A DNA stretch of 64,000 nt from Octopus vulgaris (GCA_951406725.2 OX597825.1:13206001-13270000); one strand, 5' to 3'. Numbered from the stretch's first letter, positions 39,604-54,191 are shown. Notes: generated by a model not told the origin, from the letters alone. A program made the numbers and translations.

Positions 39604-40519
39604 GAACAAGAAAAATTGACCGTAATGTTGATCCTAATCATCATCATCATTGTTCGACCGTGGTCGAGACTTTCATAGTCTTTTCAAATGGCTAATAATG
39701 TGTGCGCGCGCCACTACTACACACATTGGAAAGCATTGTACAACCAAGTACTAAAGAAGATCTTTCCTCCTCCATGAAACAAAGCTGTTCCCGCTGGACG
39801 TCAACCCAGTATTTCTAAGCTACGGACCCAGTGATTTATTGTAAGGTTATCTCCCTAGATAGATTGCCTTCACTACGGCTAAGGAGCCCTAAGCTCTCCA
39901 TAACATTTGCAGTAGAGTAGGAGCGGTTAGTCAGTTCTGAAGTAACAAGAAACGATTGCAATCGAAAGAGGATTGTGTAAACTCTTAAATAACTGAGGCA
40001 TTCCGGGGCTGTTTCCAGTAGCAAGGACTGAAATAAAAGCGCTGTTCCGCTGCGTGGCGCCTTGGGCAAGTGTCTTCTACTATACCATCGGGCCGGCCAA
40101 CGACTTGTAAGTGGATTTGGTAGAATGAAACTGAAAGAAACCCGTCATATATGTGTATATCTATGTCTATGTGCCTTTGTGTCTGTGTTTGCGCCCCACG
40201 CCACCCATTACTACATTACAACTGGTGTCGGTGTGTTTATATCGGTTCGGCAAGGAAACCAACAGAATAAGTACCAAGCTTTTTTAAATATAACAGCTAG
40301 GTTCTATTCGTTTGACTAAAATTCTTCAAGGCCCCCCCCCCAGCATGGCCGCAGTCTAATGATTGAAACAAATGATAAAAGATGTGGAAAAAAAACTTGT
40401 GGTGCAGTTTTGTTGTTTTGCTAAATTTTTCTTGAGAACATTTCTTAGTGATAAGACCATAGCGGATCTATTTCTAGCATAAGAGTGTCCACATAACGTA
40501 ATTTTACTTACATAAATGT

Positions 40520-40773
40520 CTGTAGATCATCGGTGTGACCGTCCAGATGAATATAATATAGAAGACCCTACTATAACACTTGTGATAGACAGTAAGGTCC
40601 ACACGAGGGTTTTCTGACAGCACTAGATGGAAAGCTAAAAGAAGACTGTAGATCATCGGTGTGACCGTCCAGATGAATATAATATAGAAGACCCTACTAT
40701 AACACTTGTGACAGACAGTAAGGTCCACTCGAGGGTTTTCTGACAGCAGTAGATGGAAAGCTAAAAGAAGACT
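40520..40773. repeat. 126-bp direct tandem duplication
   Basis: ctgtagatcatcggtgtgaccg...aagaaga starts at 40520 and 40646; the copies are nearly identical. Confidence 0.95.
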
Positions 40774-40953
40774 GCATCGTCTTCTTTTACCCTCCAGTTC
40801 TTCAGGTGAGAGTCACTGGATAGTCACGGCAGAAACGTCTTTGATCATGGCTCTGCTCATTAACCGATATTAACCAACTGTGCTCGTTTGAGGATAGTTG
40901 TATTTGGTTTATTTACTGCAATAAAGGTTAACTGGGAGCTCCCATATATTTTT

Positions 40954-41239
40954 TTGTTTCTGGGGAGAGTCATTTTCTTTTTGTGTCTTAATATTTAACA
41001 CACTCACCGGTAAAATTTCCACTTATTTCTTATTTTTATTGTCCTAAAATTTTCGTTGCGTCTCGCAACCTTTTCAATAATCTTGACTCGTCAAGCTTTT
41101 CAATAGCCAAGACTATTGAAAAGGTTGCAAGACGCAACGAAAATTTTAGGACAATAAAAATAAGAAATAAGTGGAAATTTTACCGGTGAATGTGTTACAT
41201 TATAAGGCAGAAAAAGAAAATGATTCTCCCCAGACACAA
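40954..41239. repeat. Long inverted repeat (~132 bp arms, 22 bp spacer), each arm with an HHR-like motif
   Basis: 40954-41085 is the reverse complement of 41108-41239 with few mismatches. Confidence 0.9.
41113..41149 (+). ncRNA. Short-stem-III HHR-like motif with U3-A8 covariant core (TTGAAAA)
   Basis: cta-TTGAAAA-g-gttgc(aagac)gcaac-GAA-aatt-t-tag; a mirror copy lies on the minus strand at 41044-41080. Confidence 0.5.
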
Positions 41240-42351
41240 CAGAATATGCTTCAACACACGAACTCATATAAAGAATCTCGCAAACAAAATCCCAAAACGA
41301 AATTCCATATATTTGTTATCCCAAGTTATATAACTATCTTCAAAATTTCGACAAATCACAAAATCCAAATGCGGTGTTAAAATGGGCCCAGGGTCATCCT
41401 AGGGTTAAATAATACCAAAATTAGATGCCATGTTTTTGAAGACTTCCATTTTATTTTCATCGCTTTAAATTTGTCTCGTAAAGTTGTTTCTACTTATTAA
41501 AGTTTACGTTTATAATTTTTTGCGTTACTTTTCCAATATATTTTATTTTATTTTATTGTTTTCATATTTACTATATTTGTTTTTGCATTATTAAAGCTCT
41601 TAAACTTATATTTTTTCAGTTTCATTTCCACATTTCTCGACATTTCGTGATATTCAAATTTTTATTAATTCTCTTTTCAAAAACTAGAATCTTCTGGAAG
41701 ACATCTTAACGTAAGAACATTACCGTTCTCTTCATTTTTTTCTTTTTCTTTTTTCATTGTCATTCCGTCAGCTTCTATGCATATTTAGAATTTGACATCA
41801 TGTTTTAGTGGACATTCAAGTATAACAGTTTATATATTTTATTTATCAGTCTAGGGCTGTGCAACGCCCACGGGGTATCTTATGTGTGTCTATCCGTCTC
41901 TCACAGCCTTTAGCCTATGGGGGAATTATTGTAAGACACAATTGCCTAAGGGGCATTCGTTACGTGAGGGAACTTGAAATTCTTGTGAAATAAAATAAAA
42001 GAAAAAATATTGAGGAAGAACATTTATTTAAAATGCAAAATTTTTCAAGACAAGATTATTGAAAAAAAAAAAAAGAACAAAAGTGGGAGGTGATTCGGAA
42101 GGCTATTAATGAAAAAGAGAAATAATACAAGAAAAATCAAGCTTAATATCATAAAAAAATATTTTCTTTATGTGTTTTAAGTACATATTTGTCATGAAGC
42201 GAGGAAGTTCAATTTATTTCTTAATCAATCACTGGAAAAGTAATGCGAAGTTGTGTACTTTCGTTTTTATTTATCAAGAACTCAAGAACTAGTTTTCGTT
42301 TGAAGTACTTAACCCATCGCTATTCTAAAAGAGCTACTAGCTATATCTTAT

Positions 42352-42584
42352 ACCTATTTCTTTACTACCCACAAGGGGCTAAACACAGAGGGGACAAACA
42401 AGGACAGACAAACGGGTGAAGTCGATTATATCGACCCCAGTGCGTAACTAGTACTTATTTAATCGACCCCGAAAGGATGAAAGGCAAAGTCGACCTCGGC
42501 GGAATTTGAACTCAGAACGTAGCGGCAGACGAAATACCGCTAAGCATTTCGGCCGGCGTGCTAATGATTCTACCAGCTCGCCGC
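42352..42584 (-). mobile_element. SINE family A
   Basis: Full family A copy on the minus strand; atcttatacc flanks both sides. Confidence 0.85.
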
Positions 42585-43983
42585 TACATCTTATACCGTT
42601 TACATACTTTCGGTCATTGGACTGAAAGAGCGGTTCTGGGGTACCACCATGAAGGGTTTAGTCGAACGAATCAGTTCCAATGCTACATTCTAAATCTGGT
42701 GATTATTCTGTCGGTTTCTTTTGCTTAGTTACGGGTAAACAAACCAAAACCGATTGTCAAGCGGTGATAGAGGGCAAACACAATCAAAAAGTCACACACT
42801 AGTATTGTACATCAGTAAAGATTTTAGAAGGAAAAATAGGAAACGAAATAACGTTTCGAGTTCTTTTGACTCATTGTCGGAAAGAGGAGAAAACCAAGAG
42901 AGGCGGAAAAGAAAGAAGAAGCAAATAGTGTGTGGTTTATAAATACTAGGCTTACAAAGAATAAGACCGGGAGTCAATTTCTTCGACTAAAAGGCGTTGC
43001 TCCAGCATGGTCGCAGTCAAATGACTGAAACCAATAAAAAGTAAAAAGCGTAAAAGAGTAAGGAAGAAGTATATGTTCACAAACAGAGATACTTCGAGAC
43101 ACTTTCTATCAGATACGGGTGGTTACTGTAGATAAAAGTTCGAAATATTCCGATACCGACCGACAACGTTTAATGAAGAACAAGCATTTTTTGCTTTCCT
43201 TTTTACTGAGTTTTGCGTTGCTCTTGAAACCAAAATCTTTTCCGGTTATGTAACATACTCCAAGCGTTAGCCATTTATAATATAGCTCCTCTACTTACTT
43301 TATAGCGATTTAAAATAGTTACGGATTTCAAGAACCCTTAAGGTGGCTTTAGTGGCTAACCAGTCACAGGATGTAAACATTTGTTACATATCAAAAAGTG
43401 GAGAACCGGAGGAAATTTTTACTTCCGGAAGAAGGTCAGAAGTTCAACGACATCAAAGATAAAATAAAATAAGGAAAGCAAAAGATGGATAATTATCCTT
43501 ATTATTATTGATTGAATGCAGAGCATCATATCTTGGAGAAATAATTAAATGACAAACGTCAAAAGAGACTGTATCCTTTATTTCGTCACTTTTGATAAGG
43601 GACAAATGTTTACTTCCGCTTCTGTGAACTTTCAAAGCCTGACGTGTACGAGGGGGTTGAACGACAAGATTGTTGCGTACGTGCGTGTACCTGCGTGTAC
43701 GTGTGTGTGTGTGTATGTGGGTGTGTGTGTGGGTGTGTGTATGAGAAAGAGAGAGAGAGAGAATTGTTAGCATCAGGAAAAAAGTGCTTTCCGTTATATC
43801 TTCCGACTCATTACGTTCTGGATTCATATTCTGAGGGGGGGGTAACATAACTTTCGTAGGCGCAGATGGGACTGTGTGGTAAAAAAGGTTTGCTTCCCAA
43901 CAACACAGATCCGGGTTCAGTTCCACTGCACGGCACCTTGGGCAAGTGTCTTCTGCTATAGCTTCCGGCCGACGAAAGCATTT

Positions 43984-44582
43984 AAGGCGGTGAGCTGGCA
44001 GAAACGTTAGCACGCCGGGTGAAATGCTTAGCAATATCTCGTCTGCCGTTACTTTCTGAGTTCAAATTTCGCCGAGGTCGACTTTGCTTTCATCCTTTCG
44101 GGGTCGATAAATTAAGTACCAGTTATGCACTAGGGTCGATGAAATCGACTTAATCCGTTTGTCTGTCCTTGTTTGTACCTCTCTGTGTTTAGCCCCTTGT
44201 GGGTAGTAAAGAAATAGGTATTTCGTCTGCCGTTACGTTCTGAGTTCAAATTCCGCCGAGTCTACTTTGCCTTTCATCTTTTCGGAGTCGATAAATTAAG
44301 TACCAGTTATGCACTGGGGTCTATGAAATTGGCTTAATCCGTTTGTCTGTCCTTGTTTGTCCTCTCTGTGTTTAGCCCCTTGTGGGTAGTAAAGAAATAG
44401 GTATTTCGTCTGCCGTTACGTTCCGAGTTCAAATTCCGTCGAGGTCGACTTTGCCTTTCATCCTTTCGGGGTCGATAAATTAAGTACCTGTTATGCACTG
44501 CGGTCGATGTAATCGGCTTAATCCGTTTGTCTGTCCTTGTTTGTCCCCTCTGTGTTTTGCCCCTTGTGGGTAGTAAAGAAAT
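43984..44582 (+). mobile_element. SINE family A trimer (one head plus three bodies) nested in SINE-B
   Basis: Units 43984-44216, 44217-44399, 44400-44582; TSD gaaagcatt at 43974-43982 and 44584-44592. Confidence 0.9.
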
Positions 44583-45189
44583 GGAAAGCATTCTAGTGGG
44601 TAGATTTAATAGACGGAAAATGAAAGAAATTGCTGGCTTTGTGTCAACATTCGAAACCAATGCATGATAGGATCTTCGTCGACTGGTTTTGAGTCTGGCT
44701 TGAAGACATACGTGGGAAGCCGAAGTTTCCCGCAGATTAGGATTTATGTATTTGTGGCCACCAAATATTTTGTTTTGGCTATTCTTAATCTGTTAATGTC
44801 TCCCGGGTGGGCCATTAAGCCAACATACGTGCTGGTTTTTTGAATTAATCTGTTTTAGAGAATGGTAATTTTTTTTCAGTGCGACACATGTTAATTTGTT
44901 CGTGTAATTATGGTTAGAAGAATTTTTAACGTATATTTTAGTTTTTGTTTTCACATTGATTTATATTTTAACATTAGTGTCGCCTGCTTTTTTTCTTCCT
45001 ATTTTATTTAATTCCATTTAATAACCATTAATAGATTGATTTAATAAGCATTAGTTCAATGTCTCCATTTTAACCATTTTTATTTGTTACAGTCGTTGAA
45101 CTGCAGCCACGCGCCACGCTGGAGCACCGTCTGGGAAACAAATCGAGCGCCCGTACTTGATTTTAAAGGTTACTATTTTTTTGTATATA

Positions 45190-45842
45190 TATGGTGTGGT
45201 GGCTGCCCCCTCGTTATCGAGTATGGCCATTGCACGAAGCTTAACTGTTATTGGTGCTAAGATCGAATGTGACTTTTATATGCTTTTTAAGGCTATCACA
45301 GCACTATCAACAATCATGAACAATGTTGCTAGTGTGCAATGCCTGTGCAAGAAGATTTTTTTAAAGTGAAAAAAGGCTGTGCACTGAGTCAATCCCACTC
45401 ACTAAGCAACAGCAGCCATAATCCGAAAAGAAGAACAATTCAACATCATCGGTAGCCACTGAGCCGCAGGTTTTATGTCGGAGTTATCCCAGTTACCTGA
45501 GTTACCTTCTCCTAGAAGGATGCCCTAACAAAAGCTAGGAGTCCTTCACTCCCAATAGTTTAACCACGCGATCGGGTATTCAGTCCGATTATTTCTATGT
45601 CCCCGCGCATGATGCAACCTTATGCCTTTAAAAAAATGCACATTTATTGGATGGCCGTTGACTCTCAAGAGTTCCTCCGCCCTTTGACGGGTTTTGTTTT
45701 TTTATCCCACAGGGTGTCCAATAAACACCCGGCATCCCCACCAAGCAAGCTTGGTGGGGATGCCGGTTTCGACGCCGACGGCCCGACCATGCAACAGATT
45801 GTACTGGGTTACATGTTACCAGCAGCACTCGAAAGTGACCTG

Positions 45843-45843
<1 letters not shown>
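45190..45843 (-). mobile_element. Non-autonomous RTE-related element (5' UTR-derived)
   Basis: Minus-strand gggcatccttctaggagaaggtaactc resembles the RTE 5' UTR motif; a structured GC-rich end includes an 18-bp hairpin. Confidence 0.5.
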
Positions 45844-45886
<43 letters not shown>

Positions 45887-45926
45887 GCAAATGTATTAGT
45901 TTGTTGCTCTGTAAAAATGGAAAAGT

Positions 45927-45962
45927 ATTTGACGTTTCGACTCTACGCTCTTTGACAGAAAT
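45927..45962 (-). ncRNA. Degenerate short-stem-III HHR-like motif (CTGTCAA)
   Basis: Minus strand attt-CTGTCAA-a-gagc(gtag)agtc-GAA-acgt-c-aaat; stem I attt/aaat is retained but stem II is mismatched. Confidence 0.35.
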
Positions 45963-46235
45963 GCTTGACGAAGTTCAAAAAGTTCAAATATACAAATGTG
46001 TGTGTGTGTGTTTGTTTATTCTTTTATTTGTTTCAGTCATTTGACTGCGGCCATACTGGCCATATGTGTTTGGATGTATGTGTTTGGATGTATATGTGTG
46101 TATGTATATGTGTGTGCATATGTGTATATATGTATAAACAAGGAGTTACAACATCTTTACTTGTGAGATTTTTGCTGCCCTGGTAACTATTTATTTATTT
46201 TTCCGTGTTAATTGTTAACAAGGTAAAATATACTC

Positions 46236-46280
<45 letters not shown>

Positions 46281-46380
46281 TATATATATATATATATGTT
46301 GGCAATGAACATTTGGTGTTGTGTCGCCAAGAAGCTACGTCACCACCAATGTTCCCTGTTATGCAATCATTATTCTAAGT

Positions 46381-46545
46381 CAGTGGTTCCTAAACATTTC
46401 ACTACCAAGGACCCCTTTTATTTAAATGAGTTTTTCCACGGACCCCAGGATATCGAAAGGTTCGTCAGCTTAACATAGTGACAGACACCCAGTACTACCT
46501 CGGCTGCCCACCAAGGATCTGTGGACCACGGGTTCGGAACCACTG
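46381..46545. mobile_element. hAT (Charlie-like) MITE
   Basis: TIRs cagtggttcc/ggaaccactg; imperfect 8-bp TSD ttctaagt/ttctaaac. Confidence 0.8.
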
Positions 46546-47207
46546 TTCTAAACCTTCGCATGTACTGTGATACTGGATTCTAGATTCTAGATTATAGATT
46601 ATAGACAATTCTGACGCGCCAGTTTCTTGTCCAGTCTCTGATTTTGAAGGCTTTGGACATACACCCAATTTGTTACGGTATTACGCTTGCAAGAGCTTCC
46701 TTTAATCAATCTTATAAAGAAATGTTACTAAACTTCGACTTAGTATTAACTTATAATGTAAGGAACTCAGATCGCAAAGATTGCCGAAATACATTTAAGC
46801 ACTTTCCCCGGTGTTCTCACAATATGCTCATCTCATCGATTAATTTTATAATGCAAAGAACTGGAATAAAACTGCAGGGATCTTATATCAAATAATAAAT
46901 TTGCCTCGACGTTTTTTTTTAATCATTAATTGTTATTCGTCTGATAATTTGTGATATTGTGTGATAACAAAAGCGTTATTATTACAACGTGATGGAGATG
47001 ACTTTATCAAGTATAACACTTGGAGTGGCAACATTTATGGTTGAGAAAATTGTGTATGACAAAGTAAGGAGTTTTGCCGTTGCCGTTATCATTGTTGTTG
47101 TGTGTGTTAATAATAATAATGATAATAATAATAATTATACTAATTATAATAATGATAATGATAATGTTAATAATAATAATTATTATTATTATTATCATAA
47201 TGATGAT

Positions 47208-47612
47208 GGTGGCTGTGTTGTAAGTAGTTTGCTTGCGAACCACTTGGTTCCGGGGTCAGTCCCACTGCGTGGCACCTTGGGCAAGTGTCTTCTACTATAG
47301 CCTCGGGTCAACCAAAGCCCTATGAGTGGATTTGGTAGCCGTAAACTGAAAGAAGCCCGTAGTATATATGTATATATGTATATATGTATGTGTGTGTATA
47401 TGTTTGTGTGTCTGTGTTTGTTCCCCACCCTCAACATCGCTTGACAACCGATGCTAGTGTGTTAACGTCCCCGTAACTTAGCTGTTCGGTAAAAGAGACC
47501 GATAGATTAAGTACTATGATTACATGGAATAAGTCCTGAGGTCGATTTGCCCGACTAAAGGCGGTGCTCCAGTATGGCCACAGTGAAAAGTCTGAAACAA
47601 GAAAAAGAGTAA
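47208..47612 (+). mobile_element. SINE family B
   Basis: Family B head and body. Confidence 0.85.
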
Positions 47613-47675
<63 letters not shown>

Positions 47676-47964
47676 TATAATAATAACAACAACATCAGCA
47701 ACAATCAGTGGCATACGTAATAGCAAAAACACAACAAAAGATAGCCAGAACGAGTAAAATTATAAGCAGACAGAAAAAAATATTTCCATTTCTCTAAGAA
47801 TAAACAAACTTGTGTTGCGTCTATTGCTAATAACACAGCAGACAGGTTTTGTTATTAGCAAACTTAATGGATATTCCAAACCATAATCGCCATACTCACA
47901 CGCGTACGTGAAGGTATACACGTAAACATATAACACACATGCACACATCATCCATGTATGCATG

Positions 47965-48685
<721 letters not shown>

Positions 48686-49993
48686 TGACGAAGGCTGGAC
48701 AGAGGGGTCACACAGGAGAGCTAGGAAGCTGGGGAGAATAAAGTAGAAGTGATCCCAAAACGAAGGTGCGCGTGCGTATGTATAAGAGAGCATGTACGTG
48801 CGTGTGGAAGAGGGCTGGTGACCTTGACGTGTGCGTGTGTGTATGTGTAGGTTAGGTGTGTGGATGTGGGGCTGGGAAAGAAGGAAGGAAGTAAGAGCGA
48901 TAACAAAAGAAATCGCGTCGGTTTTAGTTGTAACATCCAAGAACTGTTTGTTAAATTCTTCCTATTTGCAACCATCAATACCATTTAATTGTTTTGAAAC
49001 AATGGAAAGGAGATGGAGAATAGACAATGGTGAAAATCTTGTGCTGGCAGAGAGAACAAAAAGAGAAAAAAGGAACTAGCAACCTCAGAATGATGTAAAA
49101 CAAAGTTAACCCTGATATAAATTAAATTTAAAACGTAATCAGATCCATCAGTTTTTCCTTTCTCCTAATAAAGACATCGTAAAATTTTTAAAAGGCCTAT
49201 ACACCATGAACTGTCGCCCTCCCTATCTACTGAAAACATGGAGATTTTATGAAATATGACTTTGTAAGAGAAAAATGAGAGTAAGAAGCGTAACAACAAA
49301 TAACGAAAAATAAATTGGCCAAGCGATAGTAACAAAATTCGTTCGTTGACCCTCCTAAAGAGGGAAAAAAACATATTGGAAGGAGGGAATGGAAAGGTAA
49401 GGAAAAGAGGGGGGGTAAGGAAAAAAGGTAACAAAAAATGGAAAGAAATGAAGGAAGAAGGAATGAAAGAAAAAAAAGAAGAGAGAGAGTGTGGTGATGT
49501 CAAAGGTAGCGAGAGAGGCGGAAGTTAATGTACGTGCAATTAGTGAGCAATTAGTAGTTCAGTCACGTGACAGATTGCCTGGCGTTGTCTTTGATTTTTG
49601 GTGAATGGAAAAGAGGGTTGTTATCTTTTGATCGAGTAAAAAAATATTTTATACGCTGTAATAGTTCCACCGTGACACATTATAATTCATTTCACTTACC
49701 GCTACCATTGTTGCATATCAGTTTTTTTTCTTCTTTTTATTTCCGCTTTTATTGTTTATTTTTTTTTATTTTTATGCTTGTTTTCTTTATTTATGTTATT
49801 TTATTTTATTCTTGGTTTTGTTTTAGTAGTGATCATAATTAAAGTGAGGGGGGGGAGGATAGCGGGGGGGTGTTGGAGGTGGGGGTGAAGTGGGGTGGGT
49901 GATTCCGAAAGATTTACTAATTGATCGTTTGATCTTTCTTTCTCTCTATCTTTATCTTTGTCTCTCCCTCACTCTCCCCCTCTCTGTCTCTCC

Positions 49994-50029
<36 letters not shown>

Positions 50030-50196
50030 TAATAGAGAGAGAGAGAGCGGGGAAAGAGAGAGAAACATAGAGGCAGAGAGACAGAGAAGAATACGCAAAG
50101 ATACATGCGTACAACCACACACACACACACACTCACACATATAAGTATATGTTTATTACTATATATATATATATATATGTATATCGATAGATGGAT

Positions 50197-50369
<173 letters not shown>

Positions 50370-50942
50370 TTGAAAGCTAGAGAGAGGGAGATAGATTGAT
50401 TGGTTGATTGATTTTCCGCTTTGTTTCAGTGTGTGTATGTGTGTGTGTAAATACAAGGAAGAGGAGAAAGATGCATGTTTGTGTATGTATATGTATGTAA
50501 GTTCCAGTGTACGTGTGTGTGTATGGCTGTATATATATACGTCAATATACATCCTCCCCGTATGCTTATGTGTAATCGTGCATAGACGTCGTTTTGACAA
50601 GACTCCAGTTAAATGGTACATTCTCAATCAAACGGAAATGCAACTCCCATTTATCATAATTTCCTAAACCGAGGCCTTCACAATCTGAACAATCAGTACA
50701 ATCACTTTGCGACTCGATTTACCTTCCACAAATGTACTGCAAACACCACCACCACCACCACCAAAACCACCACCACCACCACCACCATCACCACTACCAC
50801 CACCACCACCACCACCACTACCACCGCCGCCGCCGCCGCCGCCACCGCCGCAACCGCCAACCACCACTGCCGCGCTTTTCAATGCTGAAGCTTTTCCATA
50901 TTGAAACGCATGTATTCTTCTGAGGAGAAGAAAGGTTGACCT

Positions 50943-51425
50943 TCTTTCTTTGCTACCCACAAAAGGGTTAAACAGAGCGGACAAACAAGGACAGACAAAC
51001 GGATTAAGTCGATTATATCGACCCCAGTGCGTAACTGGTACTTATTTAATCGACCCTCGAAGGATGAAAGGCAAAGTTGACCTCGGCGGAATTTGAACTC
51101 AGAACGTAACGGCAGACGAAATACCTATTTCTTTACTACCCACAAGGGGCTAAACACAGAGAGGACAAACAAGGACAGACAAACGGATTAAGTCGATTAT
51201 ATTGACCCCAGTGCGTAACTGGTACTTATTTAATCGACCTCGAAAGGATGAAAAGCAAAATTGACCTCGGCGGAATTTGAACTCAGAACGTAGCGGCAGA
51301 CGAAATACCTATTTCTTTACTACCCACAAGGGGTTAAACACAGAGAACAGTGCGTAACTGGTACTTATTTAATCGACCCTGACAGGATGAAAGGCAAAAT
51401 TTGAACTCAGAACGTAACGGCAGAC
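50943..51425 (-). mobile_element. Headless SINE family A trimer
   Basis: Three body units with no tRNA 5' head; 16-bp TSD gaagaaaggttgacct at 50927-50942 and 51426-51441. Confidence 0.9.
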
Positions 51426-51767
51426 GAAGAAAGGTTGACCTGTATTTCGAGTAGAATTACAGCGAAATTCTTTCCGGCCGTGACCATCTTGTCTTTTTCG
51501 GGGTACCTAATACTACTTTAGTTTTAGAATAATGCCGTGACTCTCAACCATTTAAAAAAATCTATGAACCCCTTTGATTTCTATTTTACTCTGATAGACC
51601 CCTATTGTCATTCAATATTAAAAAAACTAGTTTTATTGAAGCTTCTTACAAAATTCCTATTTTGTTTTTCCCACATTAATTTGTGTAGGTTGAACCATGT
51701 AAAATGTTAAAGAAAGAAATCTGGCTGTTTCATGCAATAAACGCCTCTAAACCAAATTTTTTTACGG

Positions 51768-51893
51768 ACCCTTCTGGTACTGTTTCCAAGGACCCAACAG
51801 TAATTGGCACTATCTTCACCTTTTTCATGTTCTATAGCCTGGCTATTTCGTACTTAAGAGGGTTGTATTTATCTATCTTTTCGCCTTCCTTCC
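51768..51893 (-). mobile_element. Second, divergent REL endonuclease fragment
   Basis: Minus strand KEGEKIDKYNPLKYEIARL*NMKKVKIVPITVGSLETVPEG. Confidence 0.75.
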
Positions 51894-52400
51894 AATTGGT
51901 TTAAGAAGTCTTGAAGTTCCAATGGGATTGAGCCCAACGTTCCGAACACCACTGGTATCACTTTTACATTACCCACTCGCATTCTATTCAGTCTTGCCAT
52001 TTCCACTTTCAATTCGGAGTACTTGGTGATTTTTTCAACCTCTTTACTCACAAAATTCATGTCATCTGGTATGACTACGTCAATGATCTGACAGTATTTG
52101 TCTCTCTTATTCATTATGACAATATTCACCCGACGGTGTTCGATTACACGATCCGTCTGAAAACCGTAGTCCCAGGGTATCGTTACATTTCCATCCTCCT
52201 GCATAACTTTATTTGGTTCACACTCATACCAGTTCTCTGTTACTTCATATTGGTATTTACGGCAAAAGAGCCAATGAATATACACACACACTTTATTGTA
52301 GCGGCGCTTGTATTCTTTTTGTGCAAGACCCTCATATCCACTTGCCAAGTCGGTCACATTTTCCACACTCATTCCACGGTCTGCATTTCTGGGTGCCAGA
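51894..52400 (-). mobile_element. Non-LTR retrotransposon remnant (zinc-knuckle end plus REL endonuclease; R4/Dong/NeSL-like)
   Basis: LAQKEYKRRYNKV...IHW...WY...WDYGFQTDRVIEHRRVNIV...CQIIDVVIPDD...KEVEKITKY...VIPVVFGTLG; the catalytic RPD is decayed to RVN. Confidence 0.9.
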
Positions 52401-52479
52401 AGTTTCAAAAATTCTGACACCCAGAAATGCAAATTATTATCATTATTCATATTATTATTATTATTGTTGTTGTTTTTGA

Positions 52480-52840
52480 TGAGAGAACGGTCTTCGTCCC
52501 AGAGCTCGCAAGATGGGAGAAGTCCGAAACGTGGTCCTTTGCTATTCGTAAGACCCATAGAAAATAAAGCAGGTCATCCCCCGACACCGAGAGCATCGAC
52601 GGATGGATGAATGCGCATCCAGGATCAGCGGTTGCGTAGGAAGTCGGGGACAAGAAACAGGAAGAAAGAGTGAGAGTAAGTTGGAGCGAAAGAGTACAAC
52701 AGGGGTCGCCACCACCCCCTGCCGGAACCTCGTGGAGCTTTAGGTGTTTTCGCTCAATAAACACACACAATGCCCGGTCTGGGAATCGAAATCGCGATCC
52801 TCCGACCGCGAGTCCGCTGCCCTAGCCATTGCGCCTCCAC
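52480..52840 (-). mobile_element. SINE family C (tail type 3)
   Basis: Family C head; the tail also occurs alone at 33308-33490. Confidence 0.85.
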
Positions 52841-53523
52841 TGCTTTTGTTGCTGTTGTTATTCACTTTATTCATCGTGTACAAGTGTGTGTGTGTGTTCA
52901 TCATTATTTTATTCAATTTTTGAAAAACTGAAACATGTCTTTGACAATCTTGGAGTGTATAATTCCCGCAATTAGTTGGAAAAAAAAGTTCCGTCTAGGC
53001 GTGTTTCAAATATGAAAAAAAAATACATATCAAACAGGCGATACCTTGGGGGAATCAAAACCGGTATATCGTCCCAAGAGGGAGATTTTGTATGTCAATT
53101 GCATGGATAGCCTCAGTAATATGCGCCTGTGATGTTGGTCATACTTTTCACACGTTTGATATTGATACCTCTGATGTTCCCTTTCTAAACATGTAAATCT
53201 AAATCAGAAGGAACCACGTGTGGGCGATGAGGATTCCAGAGTGTTGACTTTAGTTCAGGGCCCGAGGGTGACACAGGGGTTTGTGTGTGTGTGCGGGGGA
53301 AGTAGGAGATAAGCGAGCGAGTGAATGTCCGTGTTAGATGTTCGTTAGCGGAGGTAGCATGCAACTAGCTGCATTCTCAGTTCAGAGGATATCCGTGGGT
53401 GCGATGTCGTGGGTAACGGAGATCTCCGCGTCGGTAGACCGATGGTGAAGGGCCACACAAAATATGTTCTGGTACTTAGTTAGGACCCTTTGTTCAGTAT
53501 ATTCGAGGTTCCAGTTTGTATGC

Positions 53524-53570
<47 letters not shown>

Positions 53571-53583
53571 CACACACGCGCAC

Positions 53584-53630
<47 letters not shown>

Positions 53631-53728
53631 TGTTATTTATATGCATATGGTTTCATTTATGGAATATCAACTACCTAGATTTTTCTTCACTCGCTACCAT
53701 CACTTGTCCCCTCTTTCTCTCTTTCTCT

Positions 53729-53770
<42 letters not shown>

Positions 53771-54018
53771 CATACACATACATACATACATACATACATG
53801 CATACATACATACATACATATGTATATACAGAGAGAGAGAGAGAGAGAGTATAAAAGGGATAAGTTATCCTGGCGGATACCTATTACCTTTCAAAGATTT
53901 ATATGCTGTATATATTGTATGTGTGTGTGTGTGTATAGAATAAGTAGGGTATATGCTGCAGAAAACTTTTAAATAAACAAGATTTGGGATATGAATAAAT
54001 TTCCACTCTTCTCTTCTC

Positions 54019-54065
<47 letters not shown>

Positions 54066-54072
54066 AGAGAGA

Positions 54073-54104
<32 letters not shown>

Positions 54105-54113
54105 CAGAGAGAC

Positions 54114-54191
<78 letters not shown>

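Noticed and set aside
40798-40805. Possible 8-nt microexon (polypyrimidine-cag|ttcttcag|gtgag)
   Set aside because: Not frame-preserving, no host gene evidence, and such motifs arise by chance.
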